Assembly (NCBI RefSeq): GCF_009914755.1
Contig: NC_060932.1
Direction: 5' to 3' (one strand)
DNA length: 64,000 nucleotides
Origin: the human T2T-CHM13v2.0 reference genome, Homo sapiens
Each line of letters opens with the position of its first letter. Within the stretch, counting starts at the first letter, position 1. Both the position numbers and the translations under genes were made by a program. Below, in pieces: positions 14,909 to 29,127 of this stretch. The notes beneath the pieces are model-generated. The model saw only the letters and a program-made list of their open reading frames with translations. It was not told the origin of the DNA and searched no databases.

Positions 14909-15394
14909 CATTTTGAATTTAACTGGGCAGCTATCCTCCCACGCATTCACGAGCCATTCACAGCTGAGAGATTGGAAAGCTTGATGGATTATTGGCAGAA
15001 AGACCTAGGTAGAGCTGGGAAACCATAGTAGACTCTTCTGAGTAGCCACAAAGCACTAAGTATCTGGGCAGTGAGAGATAAGAATGATGGAGAAATAAGA
15101 AAGATGAGATGTCTAAGATAAACACACTTGATTCACAATTAGGCCCAAGGCCAGCACTACCCTTCCCAGATTCACCCAAGAGGTAACTTACATAATAAAT
15201 GCCTATTGCTGTATGGGTCAGATGAAACTTATTTTCCCATAGCCTAATGTCATTTAGGTCCTGCCTGATTTCTTTTTCACAATGGACCTGTGATAAATAC
15301 TAAATTGCAAAGTCATTCTATTGTCCTTTGCAAAATAAACCACTCCAAAACTTAATGACTTGGAACAAAACTGTAATTACCTTGAGCAACTTTT

Positions 15395-15701
15395 CTTTTT
15401 TTTTTTTTTTTTTTTTTTTGAGACAGGGTTTCACTCCCATCGCCCAGGGTGTAGTGCAATGTCGTGATCACAGCTCATTGCAGCCTCAACCTCCCAGACT
15501 CAAGTGATCCTCCCGCCTCTCAGCCTCTGGAGTACCTGGGATCGTAGGCGTGCACCATGACACTCAGCTAATTTTTAGATTTTCTGTAGACTGGACCTTG
15601 CTATGTTTCCTAGGCTGCTCTCAAACTGCTGGACTCAAGTGATCCTCCTGCTTCGGCCTCCCATTGTGCTGGGATTACAGGCATGAGCCGCCATGTCCAG
15701 G
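15395..15701 (-). mobile_element. AluJ
   Basis: Poly(T) then antisense Alu; TSD TTGAGCAACTTTT at 15382-15394 and 15702-15714. Confidence 0.9.
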
Positions 15702-15859
15702 TTGAGCAACTTTTGAAGAAAGTATTTGGACTTTGCCAGGCAAAAACTGTAAACATTGAATGCAAGTCAGTAGTTTTGGTTTGCTTTTTCTCCTGCAGAG
15801 GTATGAGTTAACAATTTTGAAAGCATTCTCTGTATATTTTAGGATTAAGAAAATAAGAC

Positions 15860-17340
15860 AATATGTCATAGATAATAGGAGCCAGGTTTTTCACCGTTAG
15901 AAAAGGAAGTTAACAAATATGAAAAGGGAGGGAGCTAGAATGAAACCTTATGGAGTTATTCCATAAGGTTATGAACTCATGGTTTGAACTAATCATTTTT
16001 AATATAGAGAGATAGATATAAAAATAGATAAAGTGTGGGTATATATGTGTGTGTGCACGTGGACACATATATATATTTACTGGGTCTGGTCACTAAGAGG
16101 GCTAAAAAGCAATGATGCTCAGTAGCAATGAGCATGCCTATCACCAAGATCTTGGTTTCTAAATACTTTCCTCACTAAAAAGAACCAAAACTCCTTAGGA
16201 AAATGATTCAAAGGCTGGGGCAAGGACAATACAAAATGAGCCTGGAACATCTTCTGCCGGAAAAGTATGTAAGTGCTCAGAGAATCATGGGAACATATGA
16301 AAAGGACTTGGGACCAGTTGGAAGAGGCTCTCAAAGGCCAAATCTGGGAATTTAAGCATCAGAATACATCATGATATTAACAGATTATAACCCACTGACT
16401 CAAATGGAAATCACTTAGTTAAAACTGTTATAACTAAGTAAGTAGGGGAAAAGGGAAATCTCTTTCTTGCAGTAGAATGCTCATTAATAAGTATAGAAGA
16501 AGTGATGAAATTAGAAAATCACCATTTGCAATTATCATGGTAGAAATTGTTTAATCAATTGAATCATCAATGGATACTAAAGCTAGTGGCTCAAAGAGTC
16601 ATGAACAACAGGATCATTACACAGTCTCAAAGCATCACTCTGTAAAATACTTATTAATTACAAACAAAAAACCCATAACTTTACACTGAGTAAATTTATA
16701 AAACTGTCAGATGCCATCATAACCTAATATTTAAGTTCAATATCACCTGTAATGGGATGAATCGACATTGCTTACCTCCTGATATGATGCACTGAGAAAA
16801 TACAAAATCTCTTTTGTTGTATTTCTGCCAAAAAATGTGTAACCTGAATCTAATTGTGAGAAAATACCAGATAAATTCAAGTTGAGGGACATTCTATAAA
16901 CTAAGTGACCAGTACTCTTCAAAAGTGTTAATATCATGCAAAGCAAAGAAAGCCTGGGAACTGGCCCAGGTTAAATGAGGTTATACAGACATGACAAGAG
17001 AATGCAATGCATAATCCAGGATTTTCTTTTGCTAAAAAAGGTCATTTTGGGGACAATTGGCAAAATTTGAACAAGGTCTGTAGATTAGATAATAGCATTA
17101 TAAAAATGTAATTTTCTGGCTTTTATAATTATACTGTGTCTATGTAAGAGAATTTTCTTGCTTTTAGGAGATACACATTGCCTTATATAGGGGTATGCAA
17201 CTTACTTTTAACTTTTAACATTTGCCCTGTCCTCCTGCAATTGTTTAACATTTGGGCAATTTGGATGAAAGATGTGGGATTTTTTGGGGTGTTATTTTTA
17301 TATCTTTTCTGTAAGTTTATAATTATATCAAAATAGAAAG
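15860..17340 (+). mobile_element. Ancient L1 3' region (L1MC-like)
   Basis: A-rich; motifs CCAGATCTTGGTTTCTAAATAC-like, GGGACATTCTA, TTGGGGACAATTGGCAAAATTTGAA. Confidence 0.7.
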
Positions 17341-17349
17341 GGCTTATAA

Positions 17350-17649
<300 letters not shown>

Positions 17650-17673
17650 AAACAACTATTTTCTTGCTTCTTC

Positions 17674-18152
17674 TGTGTCAGGTTCAAGTCCAAGTTCCAG
17701 CCCATGCTGAGGTCTGAAGGAAGTGGGTGGATGAATGGCAGATAGCTGAAACAACACTCGGGGGGCTGTCAGTAGGGGAAATATGGCTTTATTCAGCAGC
17801 TCGCTCATCAGCAGCTCTTCTACACTGTCTGTTCTGTCTCGGCTGCTTGCTGCGGCTGCCCCCACACACAGCTGTGTGGCCAGCTCTCCCTTCAGGGTCA
17901 GCAGTTTATCTCCTTCTCTCTCTGGGCATGAGCGCAAGAGCCATGTCAAGCCATGCCCAAGAGCCAAGCCAAGCCATGTCCCCCATGCACAGTGTCAGCA
18001 GGGCAGTTATACCTTTTACAGACAATAGTGGCTCCAAGGCAAGTATCAGCTTACACAAACAGGTTATACAACAAGTGGAGTATGTGCCTGCACCCTAAAC
18101 TTGCTGAGTCATGCAGGCTCAGATGTCTGCCTTGTCTACTCTTAACCAAAGG
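17674..18152 (-). mobile_element. LTR18-family (ERVL) solo LTR nested in an older MLT1 LTR (MLT1 continues to ~18625)
   Basis: TTCCAGCCCATGCTGAGGTCTGAAGGAAGTGGGTGGATGAATGGCAG and GCTGAGTCATGCAGGCTCAGATGTCTGCC match LTR18 consensus (recall). Confidence 0.75.
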
Positions 18153-20197
18153 TACTATGGGTCGTCTGGGGCTCAGTGGTCAGTTTTTCTTCTGTCCTTA
18201 CTCATGATCTCTTGCATGTGCCATCAAATGCTGGGGCAGAAACATCCCAGAAGGCTCCATGTGCATGTCTTCTCCTGTTCTTTGGTGAAGGTGGCTGGGA
18301 GGCTGGGCTCAGCCCCGGTACTAGGACAGCAGGCCCCTCTCTCCATAGTCTTGGGGCTTCTTCCTCTCCAGGCTTCTCCACATGGCATCTCCAGCAGGGT
18401 GGCAGGACTTGTTACATGGTGGCTCAGGGTTCCTGAAAGTGCCGAAGTAGAAGTCACCAGGCCTTCTTGAATCTTAGAGCCATGAGAAGCGTGTGTTACT
18501 TCCCCTGTATTCTGTTCATTCAAAAGACCCACAGGGTCAGCCAGATTCAATGTAGGGGGAACTTTACAAAGATGTGATGATCAGGAGGTATGGCTCACGA
18601 ATGGCCATTGTTTGCAGACCAGTTACAACAACAACAATCGAGGTTCAATCTGCAAAGCATAACCACTATGCGTAGTGCAGAATAAGGGGTTTGTTAAATG
18701 CCCAGGACCTCACAGAATTGTGGGAGGAACGGATGAAGAGGGGTTGATAAGGAGGGGCTGGAAGCTCTGCCAAAGCAGTGACATGGATGGGCAAGTCAGA
18801 GCTTGCGGGAAACCTGGGGAGCCAGGTACATCTGGCTGCTGGAGTGGGATGATGAGAAAGCTGGTAGGGACCAAGGGGGGGCTGTGGCCTCTGTGTGTGG
18901 GGGTGTGGCTTGGAGTTGCTGTTGGTCAGCAAGGCCAATGATCAGGAGGAAGAGGTGGTCACAGAGCCAGAGAGAGTGAGGACAAGCTGGAATCTGCCAG
19001 CATGTCTGCATTGGTCTTTCTCCGCACTGAAATCACAATGACTTTCCGAAAACATTGGTCACTGTTTCCCTTCTACCCTCCAAATCTCACACACTGTTTC
19101 TCTTTGGCTAAGTCTAAGCTGGAACCACAGGGAGAAGGGGATCGTGACAAACCTCGTTCTAGCTTAGCCAACGTAACATAGTATAAAAACGTCAAAAGAG
19201 GAAAAGAGAAAGGACCATAACTGAGGGCTTGCAACTTGGATGGAATCTGTGAGCATATTTTTTGTAGCCAGAAAAGAACCCCAATATAATAGGTCATAAT
19301 TAAGAGCATTTGCTAAGTAAGCCTCATAAATATAATGAAATCATAAGCGAGAGCATCACTTTCCCACAGACTGTGTTGAACTGAACCTCCTTTGTACCAA
19401 TGGTTTCCAATAAAACCTCAATGAACATGATAAAAATGGCTGAAATTTGAAGCTTAAGCTAAATTCCTTAAAAAGAGCAAAAGAGTCTCAAATTCACATT
19501 AGGAATTTATCCAAAACCATTTTCTAGCTTGACTGAGCAACAATGATGATGATAGCCAGCATTCTTATACTCCCGGGCGCTTACCAGGCACTATTCTAAG
19601 AGTGTTAATTCATTTCACCTTTGTTACAACTCTATAAAATAGGCATTATTATCTCCACTTTATACATGAGGACACTGAGGCACTGAGAGGTTAGAAGCCT
19701 GCCCAAGGTCACATACTGTTAAATATCAAAGATACGGTTTGAACCCCAGGAGTGCAGTGCTCAAGGCTGCTCCACACCGGCAGGCTGAATTGCCTGTCAT
19801 ACCCTGCCTTCCATATCATGGCATCCAAGGATTCGTCCATAAGAACATATGTTCCCAATAAAAGCCTTGGGCATTGTCAGATACTTTTGTTTGTAATAAA
19901 CTTGTTTATTCATTCAGTCAGCCAAGATGAACTCAAAGCTTATCATCATGTACCAGATATGCTAAGCTCAGGGGTCACTACAGTGAGCAAAACCTGACCT
20001 GGTCCCCTTTCTCCTGGAGCCTACTGGCCAGTGGAAAAAGAAGTGACTCCAGTGATCTCACAAATGAGAGTGCAATTGCTGGCTGGTGTATATGTTCTAA
20101 GGTGGATGAGTCAACCATCCTCGGTTCTATTATTTTCTGCACATTGCAGCAGGAAAGTGGAAAGTGTATATTCTGGAGAACTTTTTGCTAAAAGAGT

Positions 20198-20551
20198 TGA
20201 TATGGTTTGGCTGTGTCCCCACCCAAATCTCACCTTGAATTGTAATAATCCCCATGTGTCAAGGACAGGGCCAGGTGGAGATAATTGAATCATGGGAGCG
20301 GTTTCCCTCATACTGTTCTTGTGGTAGTGAATAAGTATCACCAGATCTGATAGTTTTATAAAGGGGAGTCCCCCTGCACATGCCCTCTTGCCTGCTGCCA
20401 TGTAAGACATGTCTTGCTTTCCCTTCGCCTTCCACCATGATTGTGAGGCCTCCCCAGCCATGCAGTAGTGTGAGTCAATTAAACTTCTTACTTTATAAAT
20501 TACCCAGTCTCAGGTACGTCTTTATTAGCAGTGTGAGAACAGACTAATATG
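20198..20551 (+). mobile_element. THE1 (THE1C-like) solo LTR
   Basis: Starts TGATATGGTTTGGCTGTGTCCCCACCCAAATCTC, ends AGACTAATATG; 5-bp TSD AGAGT/AGGGT. Confidence 0.9.
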
Positions 20552-20896
20552 AGGGTTCAATTCCTTCTTAATTTTTACTTAACCAGAAACACCGATTCTC
20601 TGAGCATTCCTACTCCCTGACTGCCTCTCACTCCTTCAAGTTCCTCCTGCCGGTGCCCATGGGCTGAGTTCATACTTAGCTCCCTGTGTCTGCCTTTCCT
20701 ATCAGTCTTTCTCTGATTGGCGAATTTTCCCTTCTCTTCCTAATATTGCTTTTACCTGTTGGGTTTGTTTGTCTAACAGCCCTCCTCCTACCTCTGTTAA
20801 AGAAATGTAATTACAGAGAGCAAAGGGGAAATAACAGTTGGCTAATTATTAAGTAGCCTTTCCCAAGAACACTGAGAACATTTTAAAATTGCACAT

Positions 20897-21018
20897 GGCA
20901 GGGTGCAAGAGCCCGTGACTGTAATCTCAGCACTTTGGGAGGTTGAGGTGGGAGGATCGCTTGAGGCCAGGAGTTCAAGACCAGCCTGGGCAACATAGCA
21001 AGACCTTGTCCTTGTCTC

Positions 21019-21056
<38 letters not shown>

Positions 21057-21230
21057 TCAAAAAAAATTGGCTGGGCATGGTGGTTCACCCTATAGTCCTA
21101 GCTACCAGAAGGCTGAAGCAGGAGGATACCATGAGCACAAGCAGTTGGAGGTTGCAGTGAGCTATGATCATGCCACTGAGCAAGACAGAGCAAGATCCTA
21201 TCTCTAAAATAAAATAAAATAAATAATAAA
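20897..21230 (+). mobile_element. AluJ with expanded central A32 tract
   Basis: Alu arms separated by an A run at 21022-21053. Confidence 0.85.
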
Positions 21231-21522
21231 TTACACCCCCATTAAATCAGGTAGGCCTGGAAAATAATGAGTGGTTTTAAATCTCTTTAAGAAGGGTGTG
21301 AATGGAAAATGTACAATTTAAACCAAAACAACCTCTCTCATGATATGGTTGGAATGTCTCTTCATCCTAACGTCCTTCTAGGGACAATTGAAGCTAGCTT
21401 GACGCTAGTGCAAAGGCCCTAAACACGAGGAAAGAGATTTCACGAGTGTCTGTCGTGTTACGCAATAAAGCACAGGGCTGTTTGGGGTTATTGTTTTGCT
21501 CTAGGGGTTGCAGCTGGAAGGT

Positions 21523-21870
21523 GGTATGGACTGAATGTCCCCCACCAAAAAAACTCATATGTTGAAGTCTAATCCCCAGTGTGATGGTATTTGGAGGTGG
21601 CATCTCCAAACTAGGGTGGAGCCCTCATGAATGAGATTAGTACCCTTATAAAAGGAGACATGAGAGAGAGAATCTCCCTCTCCCCGATGTGAGGACACAG
21701 TGAGATGGTAGCCACCTGCCAGCCAGGAAGAGAGCCCTCACTAACAGCCAGACCATGCTGGTACCCTGATCTCAGACTTCTAGCCTCCAGAATTGTGAGG
21801 AATACATGTCATTTACACCACCCAGTGTATGATATTTTTGTTATAGCAACCTGAACAGACTAAGACAGAA
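21523..21870 (+). mobile_element. MLT1A-like MaLR LTR
   Basis: TATGGACTGAATGTCCCCC...TCATATGTTGAAGTCTAATCCCCAGTGTGATGGTATTTGGAGGTGG ... GACTAAGACA. Confidence 0.82.
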
Positions 21871-22476
21871 GGAGTGAAAATATAAAGGAACAGAAACATA
21901 AATTTTCATAGACTTTATAAGTTGTCTGAAGTCACTATGTCTATTCATTTCACACACAGAGAATTTTTGTATTCTCAAATTTAAAACTTGAATCTCAACT
22001 CCTGAAGAATGACATGGAAGTTCCAAAACCTGCAGTAACTAATGACTCACCAGTTATAGTTGTATCCCCCCGGCTGGTGGGCAGGAGTTAGTCACTTAGT
22101 GTAAGTGGGGTTAACTGACCTCTTAGCAGTCCCCTCTCAGTATGGCTGTGTGGTTCTCAAGAATTACTCAATCCCATTGATTCATCACATCCACCCTCTG
22201 GGACAGCAGAGTGACACACTGCTGCTTACCAACACGTCAGGTTCTCCTGTCTTTCCAGCAGGGAGGATAGTGCTTCCTTGCCCCTTTGAAATTAGGTTTC
22301 TCCATCTGACTTGCTTTGACCAGTGAAATGTAAATGGAAGGGACACATTTTATGTCTGCATGGAAGCACTTAAACGTCATCTTCTCCTGTTACATGTTGA
22401 TATCAAGGCGCCTTAAGACCAAACATCCCTGGAAAGCTGAAACAATCCATGGAGAACAGCTGCCCTGGAGAATTAA

Positions 22477-22907
<431 letters not shown>

Positions 22908-23337
22908 TGACACAAGCAAATATTATTACCCGATTTTAAAAATAAGGAAACTGCAGGATTGATATATGATGGCAAAAATTAAAAATTCAAAGATCTTTAA
23001 GAAGTTTGTTGTCTCCTTCCCATAACTTATGATGACATCTATCTCTTTTTTTCTTTCTTTTTCTTTTGTCTCTTTTAAACCTTCTCAGCATCCCAGCTCT
23101 GGCCAAATCTCACTTCCTCCTTCCATTGTTCCCCATGTTACTAAGTAAGGTTCTTGAGGGCAGGGACTGTGCCACTAAGTGTTGTGCACATAGCACATGC
23201 TTAAAAAAGATTAGTTTAATTGAGTCATTTCCAACAATGTCATGCTTGCATTATTTTTTTAAGATCCAAAACAGCCTATTCTATAATGATTTTTCTCTTG
23301 GAAAGTCATTTTGAGAAAAATAAAATTATTTGTGGGA

Positions 23338-23431
23338 GAAAACCACCATGGCACATGTACACCTATGTAACAAACCTGCACATTCTGCACATGTATTCCA
23401 GAACTTAAAGTACAATAAAATTTAAAAAAAT
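23338..23431 (+). mobile_element. Very short L1PA 3' end
   Basis: AAACCACCATGGCACATGTACACCTATGTAACAAACCTGCACATTCTGCACATGTA..AGAACTTAAAGTA plus A tail. Confidence 0.85.
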
Positions 23432-23459
23432 TGTTATACATTTAAAAATTATGACTAGC

Positions 23460-23976
<517 letters not shown>

Positions 23977-24459
23977 TCAGGGCAAGGCTGTAAGTACCCA
24001 GTTAATAATGAATGCAGCTAGTCCGCTCCTTGGGGACTACTCTGGAGCCTCTATTCCTGAGACAGTTAAATTATTGATGAAAAATATATAATGTTATGGC
24101 CTGAGCTGACAGTTGGAAGACAAGCTGACAGCACTTTAAATTTATTCTGCCCCCAGTAAAGTAGCGGCCACTCTCTGATTTTCAGAGGTGCCTGAGGCCC
24201 CAGCAAGTGACGATGCTGAAGAGGTCAGGGTTTTCGAAAGGTCCATGGCTCTCCCTGGCCAGGTCTAGAGGCAGCAGGAGACCTTGGACAGAAGGGTGGG
24301 CTTACCTGCTGATGTTCTTTCTTTATGTGTGAATCCCCAGGAATTGTGAATGGTTCCTCAAGGTCTCCATGCAAACAAGCCAGCCCTGGGCACTTCCCAA
24401 GCAACACCCATTCTCCACTCTCATCTGCTCGGTCTTGCTAACTTCAGGTTGAAGCCTCT

Positions 24460-24915
24460 AGTAGCCTGCTAGGGCTGCCATAACAAAGTATGGCAATCTG
24501 GGTGGCTTAACCAACAGAGATCTCTGATCTCACAGTTCTGGCAGCTGGAAGTCCGAGACCAAGTAGCTGGCAGGGTTGGTTCCTCCTGAGGGCAGTGAGG
24601 GAGGACCTGTTCTACGCCTCTCTCCTAGCTGCTGGTGGTTTGATGCAATCTTTGGTGTTCGTTGGCTTGTAGATGCATCTCCGTGATCTCTGCCTCTTTA
24701 TGTTCTACATGGCATCTCCCTGTGTGTGTGTTTGTGTCTCTGGGTGAAATGTTCCCTTTTTATAAGGACACAGTCATATTGAATTAGGGCCCACTCTAAT
24801 AACCTCATCTTAACTTGATTATATTGCAAAGACCCTATTTCCAAATAAGGTCACATTCACAGGTACTAGGGGTTAGGACTTCAACATCTTTTGGGGGAAC
24901 ACAATTCAACCTTGT
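24460..24915 (-). mobile_element. MLT1B/C-like MaLR LTR
   Basis: GCTAGGGCTGCCATAACAAAGTA...TCTCACAGTTCTGGCAGCTGGAAGTCCGAGA...CACAATTCAACC. Confidence 0.82.
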
Positions 24916-26081
24916 TACTAAACCAGGCTTTCTTTTGTCTGCACTGACTCCTGGCCCCCATCGCTAGAGAAGGCTCTGCATTCTACCTGTTTCTGGGGCC
25001 AAACCTCAGGGAAAGGAAAGGCCCAGAGAATGATTAATAGATTTCTGGAGATTTTTTTTTCCTCGCCAGAAAAAGGAGGAAATTATGTGCAACCTGCATT
25101 TCATCAAAAGAGAACTGGAAAGCTCTAGTCTCTCTCCCCACTCTGCTAAGCCTTTGCAGAACTGCCCAAGGCACTCTGTTTGCCTTTCAGAATTACTTTA
25201 TCTGGCCATAAGCCCGGACCTCCCTGCTTAACTACACAACTCCAGGGGCTGGCCCAGGGGAATGGGTGAAGGGAGTGCAGCTTCATTTAGGGAACAGATT
25301 CTGGAAGGCTGAGGGCCAGGTATGGTGCTACATAGTGGAGTTGCAAAGATGAGAAGGCAGGGTCCCTACCTGTCAGAAAAAGCTGTAACAGAGGCCCACA
25401 GGCACTATGAGGGCCCAAAGGAATGAGTTCTCAAGTCTACATGGCGGCATCAGGAAGCCTTCACAGAAGAGCTAAGACTCAAAGGATATAAGGTGCCTGC
25501 CAAGTAGAAAAACAAGGAGAGGGTGTTCCAGGCAAAGGGAGCAGCAGGCACAAAGGCACAGAGGTGTGGCGGGGCCTGGGGATCCTGTCACCCAGAAGCG
25601 GTTAAGTGTTGCTGGATCCCAAGCTTAAGGTGGGAGGAGCAGAAAATGAGGTGAGTCGGGCTGAGAGGCTTGGACTGTTACTTGAGGTGCTGCAGGAGTG
25701 TACAGGAAAGGGATTCAGTGAGATCTGGGATCCACATGGTGCATCACCCAAGATTCTGCAACCAGGAAGAGGGGGTGTTGGGAATGCAGGCCTAGAAGCA
25801 GCATGGCGGGTGGAGGTCAGGGGACTGGGCAGGAGGGAAGACCTGGCACTGGACAAGTTCTTTAACCCCTCCTGGTCTCTGTTAGGATGAGGGCATAATA
25901 GAATCTGCACTTCAAGGTGTTGTGATTATGAGAAATCATGCAGATGAGATTCTGGTAAGTGGTGCCTGGCTTAGAGGAGGCCCTCAATACATAGAAGTCA
26001 TGTGACTTAGTCACACTGAGATTATGCAAATTGAACCAGCTATACTTAGTAACCACCTCATCAAAACAAAGTGCAAGAAAT

Positions 26082-26860
<779 letters not shown>

Positions 26861-26903
26861 ATTTTTAAAAGTTCAAAAGAAGAAAAGGGTTTCATTTTAC
26901 TTA

Positions 26904-27385
26904 TTGTGGTGCATTAAAGATGACTGCAAATTCTTTGACACTCCTCCCAGAGATAGGTGGGCTTTGAGTCACTTTCCCTTGATTTTAGAAGGCTTTGTGA
27001 CTACTTTGACCAATAGAATACAGTAAAAACGGACCTCTCCAGTGTCCAGGGCTAGGCATTAAGAAACAATCAGCTCCCACTTTCTGTCTCTTGGAACACA
27101 CTCTGAAAGCCTAGGGCCACCATGGCAGAGGTCCTACTACCCTGAGGCCCCATGTTTGAGAAACCACAGATAGGAGCTCTAGCAGGCAGTCCCACCTGCA
27201 CTCAGCCTCGGAGCTGTCCCAGCCAATGCATAAGACATGTGAGTGGAGCCTCCAGACCAGCTCATTACCAGCTGAATACCACCGAGTGACCTCAGTCAAT
27301 GCCACAAGGGGCAGAAGAGCCATCCATCTGAGCCCTGCCTGAACTCCCACCCCACTGAATCTGAGATATAATCAATGGTTGTATT

Positions 27386-27424
<39 letters not shown>

Positions 27425-29127
27425 TTGATCATTCTTGGGTGTTTCTCGCAGAGGGGGATTTGGCAGGGTCACAGGACAATAGTGGAGGGAAGGTCAGCAG
27501 ATAAGTGAACAAAGGTCTCTGGTTTTCCTAGGCAGAGGACCCTGCGGCCTTCCGCAGTGTTTGTGTCCCTGGGTACTTGAGATTAGGGAGTGGTGATGAC
27601 TCTTAACGAGCATGCTGCCTTCAAGCATTTGTTTAACAAAGCACATCTTGCACCACCCTTAATCCATTCAACCCTGAGTGGACACAGCACATGTTTCAGA
27701 GAGCACAGGGTTGGGGGTAAGGTCACAGATCAACAGGATCCCAAGGCAGAAGAATTTTTCTTAGTACAGAACAAAATGAAAAGTCTCCCATGTCTACCTC
27801 TTTCTACACAGACATGGCAACCATCCAATTTCTCAATCTTTTCCCCAACTTTCCCCCCTTTCTATTCCACAAAACCGCCATTGTCATCATGGCCCGTTCT
27901 CAATGAGCTGTTGAGTACACCTCCCAGACGGGGTGGTGGCCGGGCAGAGGGGCTCCTCACTTCCCAGTAGGGGCGGCCGGGCAGAGGCGCCCCTCACCTC
28001 CCGGACGGGGCGGCTGGCCGGGCGGGGGGCTGACCCCCCCACCTCCCTCCCGGATGGGGCGGCTGGCCGGGCAGAGGGGCTCCTCTCTTCCCAGTAGGGG
28101 CGGCCGGGCAGAGGCACCCCTCATCTCCCGGATGGGGCGGCTGGCCGGGTGGGGGGCTGACCCCCCCACCTCCCTCCCGGATGGGGCAGCTGGCCGGGCA
28201 GAGGGGCTCCTCTCTTCCCAGTAGGGGCGGCCGGGCAGAGGCGCCCCTCACCTCCCGGATGGGGCGGCTGGCCGGGCGGGGGGCTGACCCCCCCACATCC
28301 TTCCCGGACAGGGCGGCTGGCCGGGCAGAGGGGCTCCTCACTTCCCAGTAGGGGCGGCCGGGCAGAGGCGCCCCTCACCTCCCGGACCGGGGCGGCTGGC
28401 CGGGCGGGGGGCTGACCCCCACCTCCCTCCCAGACGGGGTGGCTGCCGGGTGGAGACGCTCCTCACTTCCCAGACGGAGCGGCTGCCGGGCGGAGGGGCT
28501 CCTCACTTCTCAGACGGTGCGGCTGCCGGGCGGAGGGGCTCCTCACTTCTCAGACGGGGCGGTTGCCAGGCAGAGGGTCTCCTCACCTCTCAGACGGGGC
28601 GGCCGGGCAGAGACACTCCTCACATCCCAGACGGGGCGGCAGGGCAGAGGCGCTCCCCACATCTCAGACGATGGGCGGCCTGGCAGAGACGCCCCTCACT
28701 TCCTAGATGGGACGGCGGCCGGGCAGAGACGCTCCTCACCTTCCAGACTGGGCAGCCAGGCAGAGAGGCTCCTCACATCCCAGACGATGGGCGGCCAGGC
28801 AGAGACGCTCCTCACTTCCCAGACGGGGTGGCGGCCGGGCAGAGGCTGCAGTCTCGGCACTTTGGGGGGCCAAGGCAGGCAGCTGGGAGGTGGAGGTTGT
28901 AGCGAGCCGAGATCATGCCACTGCACTCCAGCCTGGGCACCATTGAGCACTGAGTGAACGCGACTCCGTCTGCCATCCCAGCACCTCGGGAGGCCAAGGC
29001 TGGCGGATCACTCGCGGTTAGGAGCTGGAGACCAGCCCGGCCAACACAGCGAAAACCAATGGTTGTATTTTAAACCAATAAATCTAGGGCTAATTTGTTA
29101 CATAGCAGCAACAATAGATAACTGGAA
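26904..29127 (+). mobile_element. MLT1G/H-like LTR split by the SVA (parts 26904-27387 and 29057-29127)
   Basis: 5' TGTGG..AAAGATGACTGCAAATTCTTTGACACTCCTCCCA; 3' end TTTGTTACATAGCA..ATAGATAACTGGAA resumes after the SVA. Confidence 0.72.
27388..29056 (-). mobile_element. SVA retrotransposon, 5'-truncated in the Alu-like domain (no CCCTCT hexamers)
   Basis: (TTTA)n tail, SINE-R (TTGATCATTCTTGGGTGTTTCTCGCAGAGGGGG) ~27427-27920, GC-rich VNTR ~27920-28860, Alu-like part ~28860-29056; TSD CAATGGTTGTATTTT at 27373-27387 and 29057-29071 at a TTTT/AA site. Confidence 0.97.

Noticed and set aside
27590-28997. Many overlapping ORFs with repeated peptides and a CRISPR-like look
   Set aside because: These are the SVA VNTR and SINE-R; tandem units have no unique spacers and the DNA is eukaryotic
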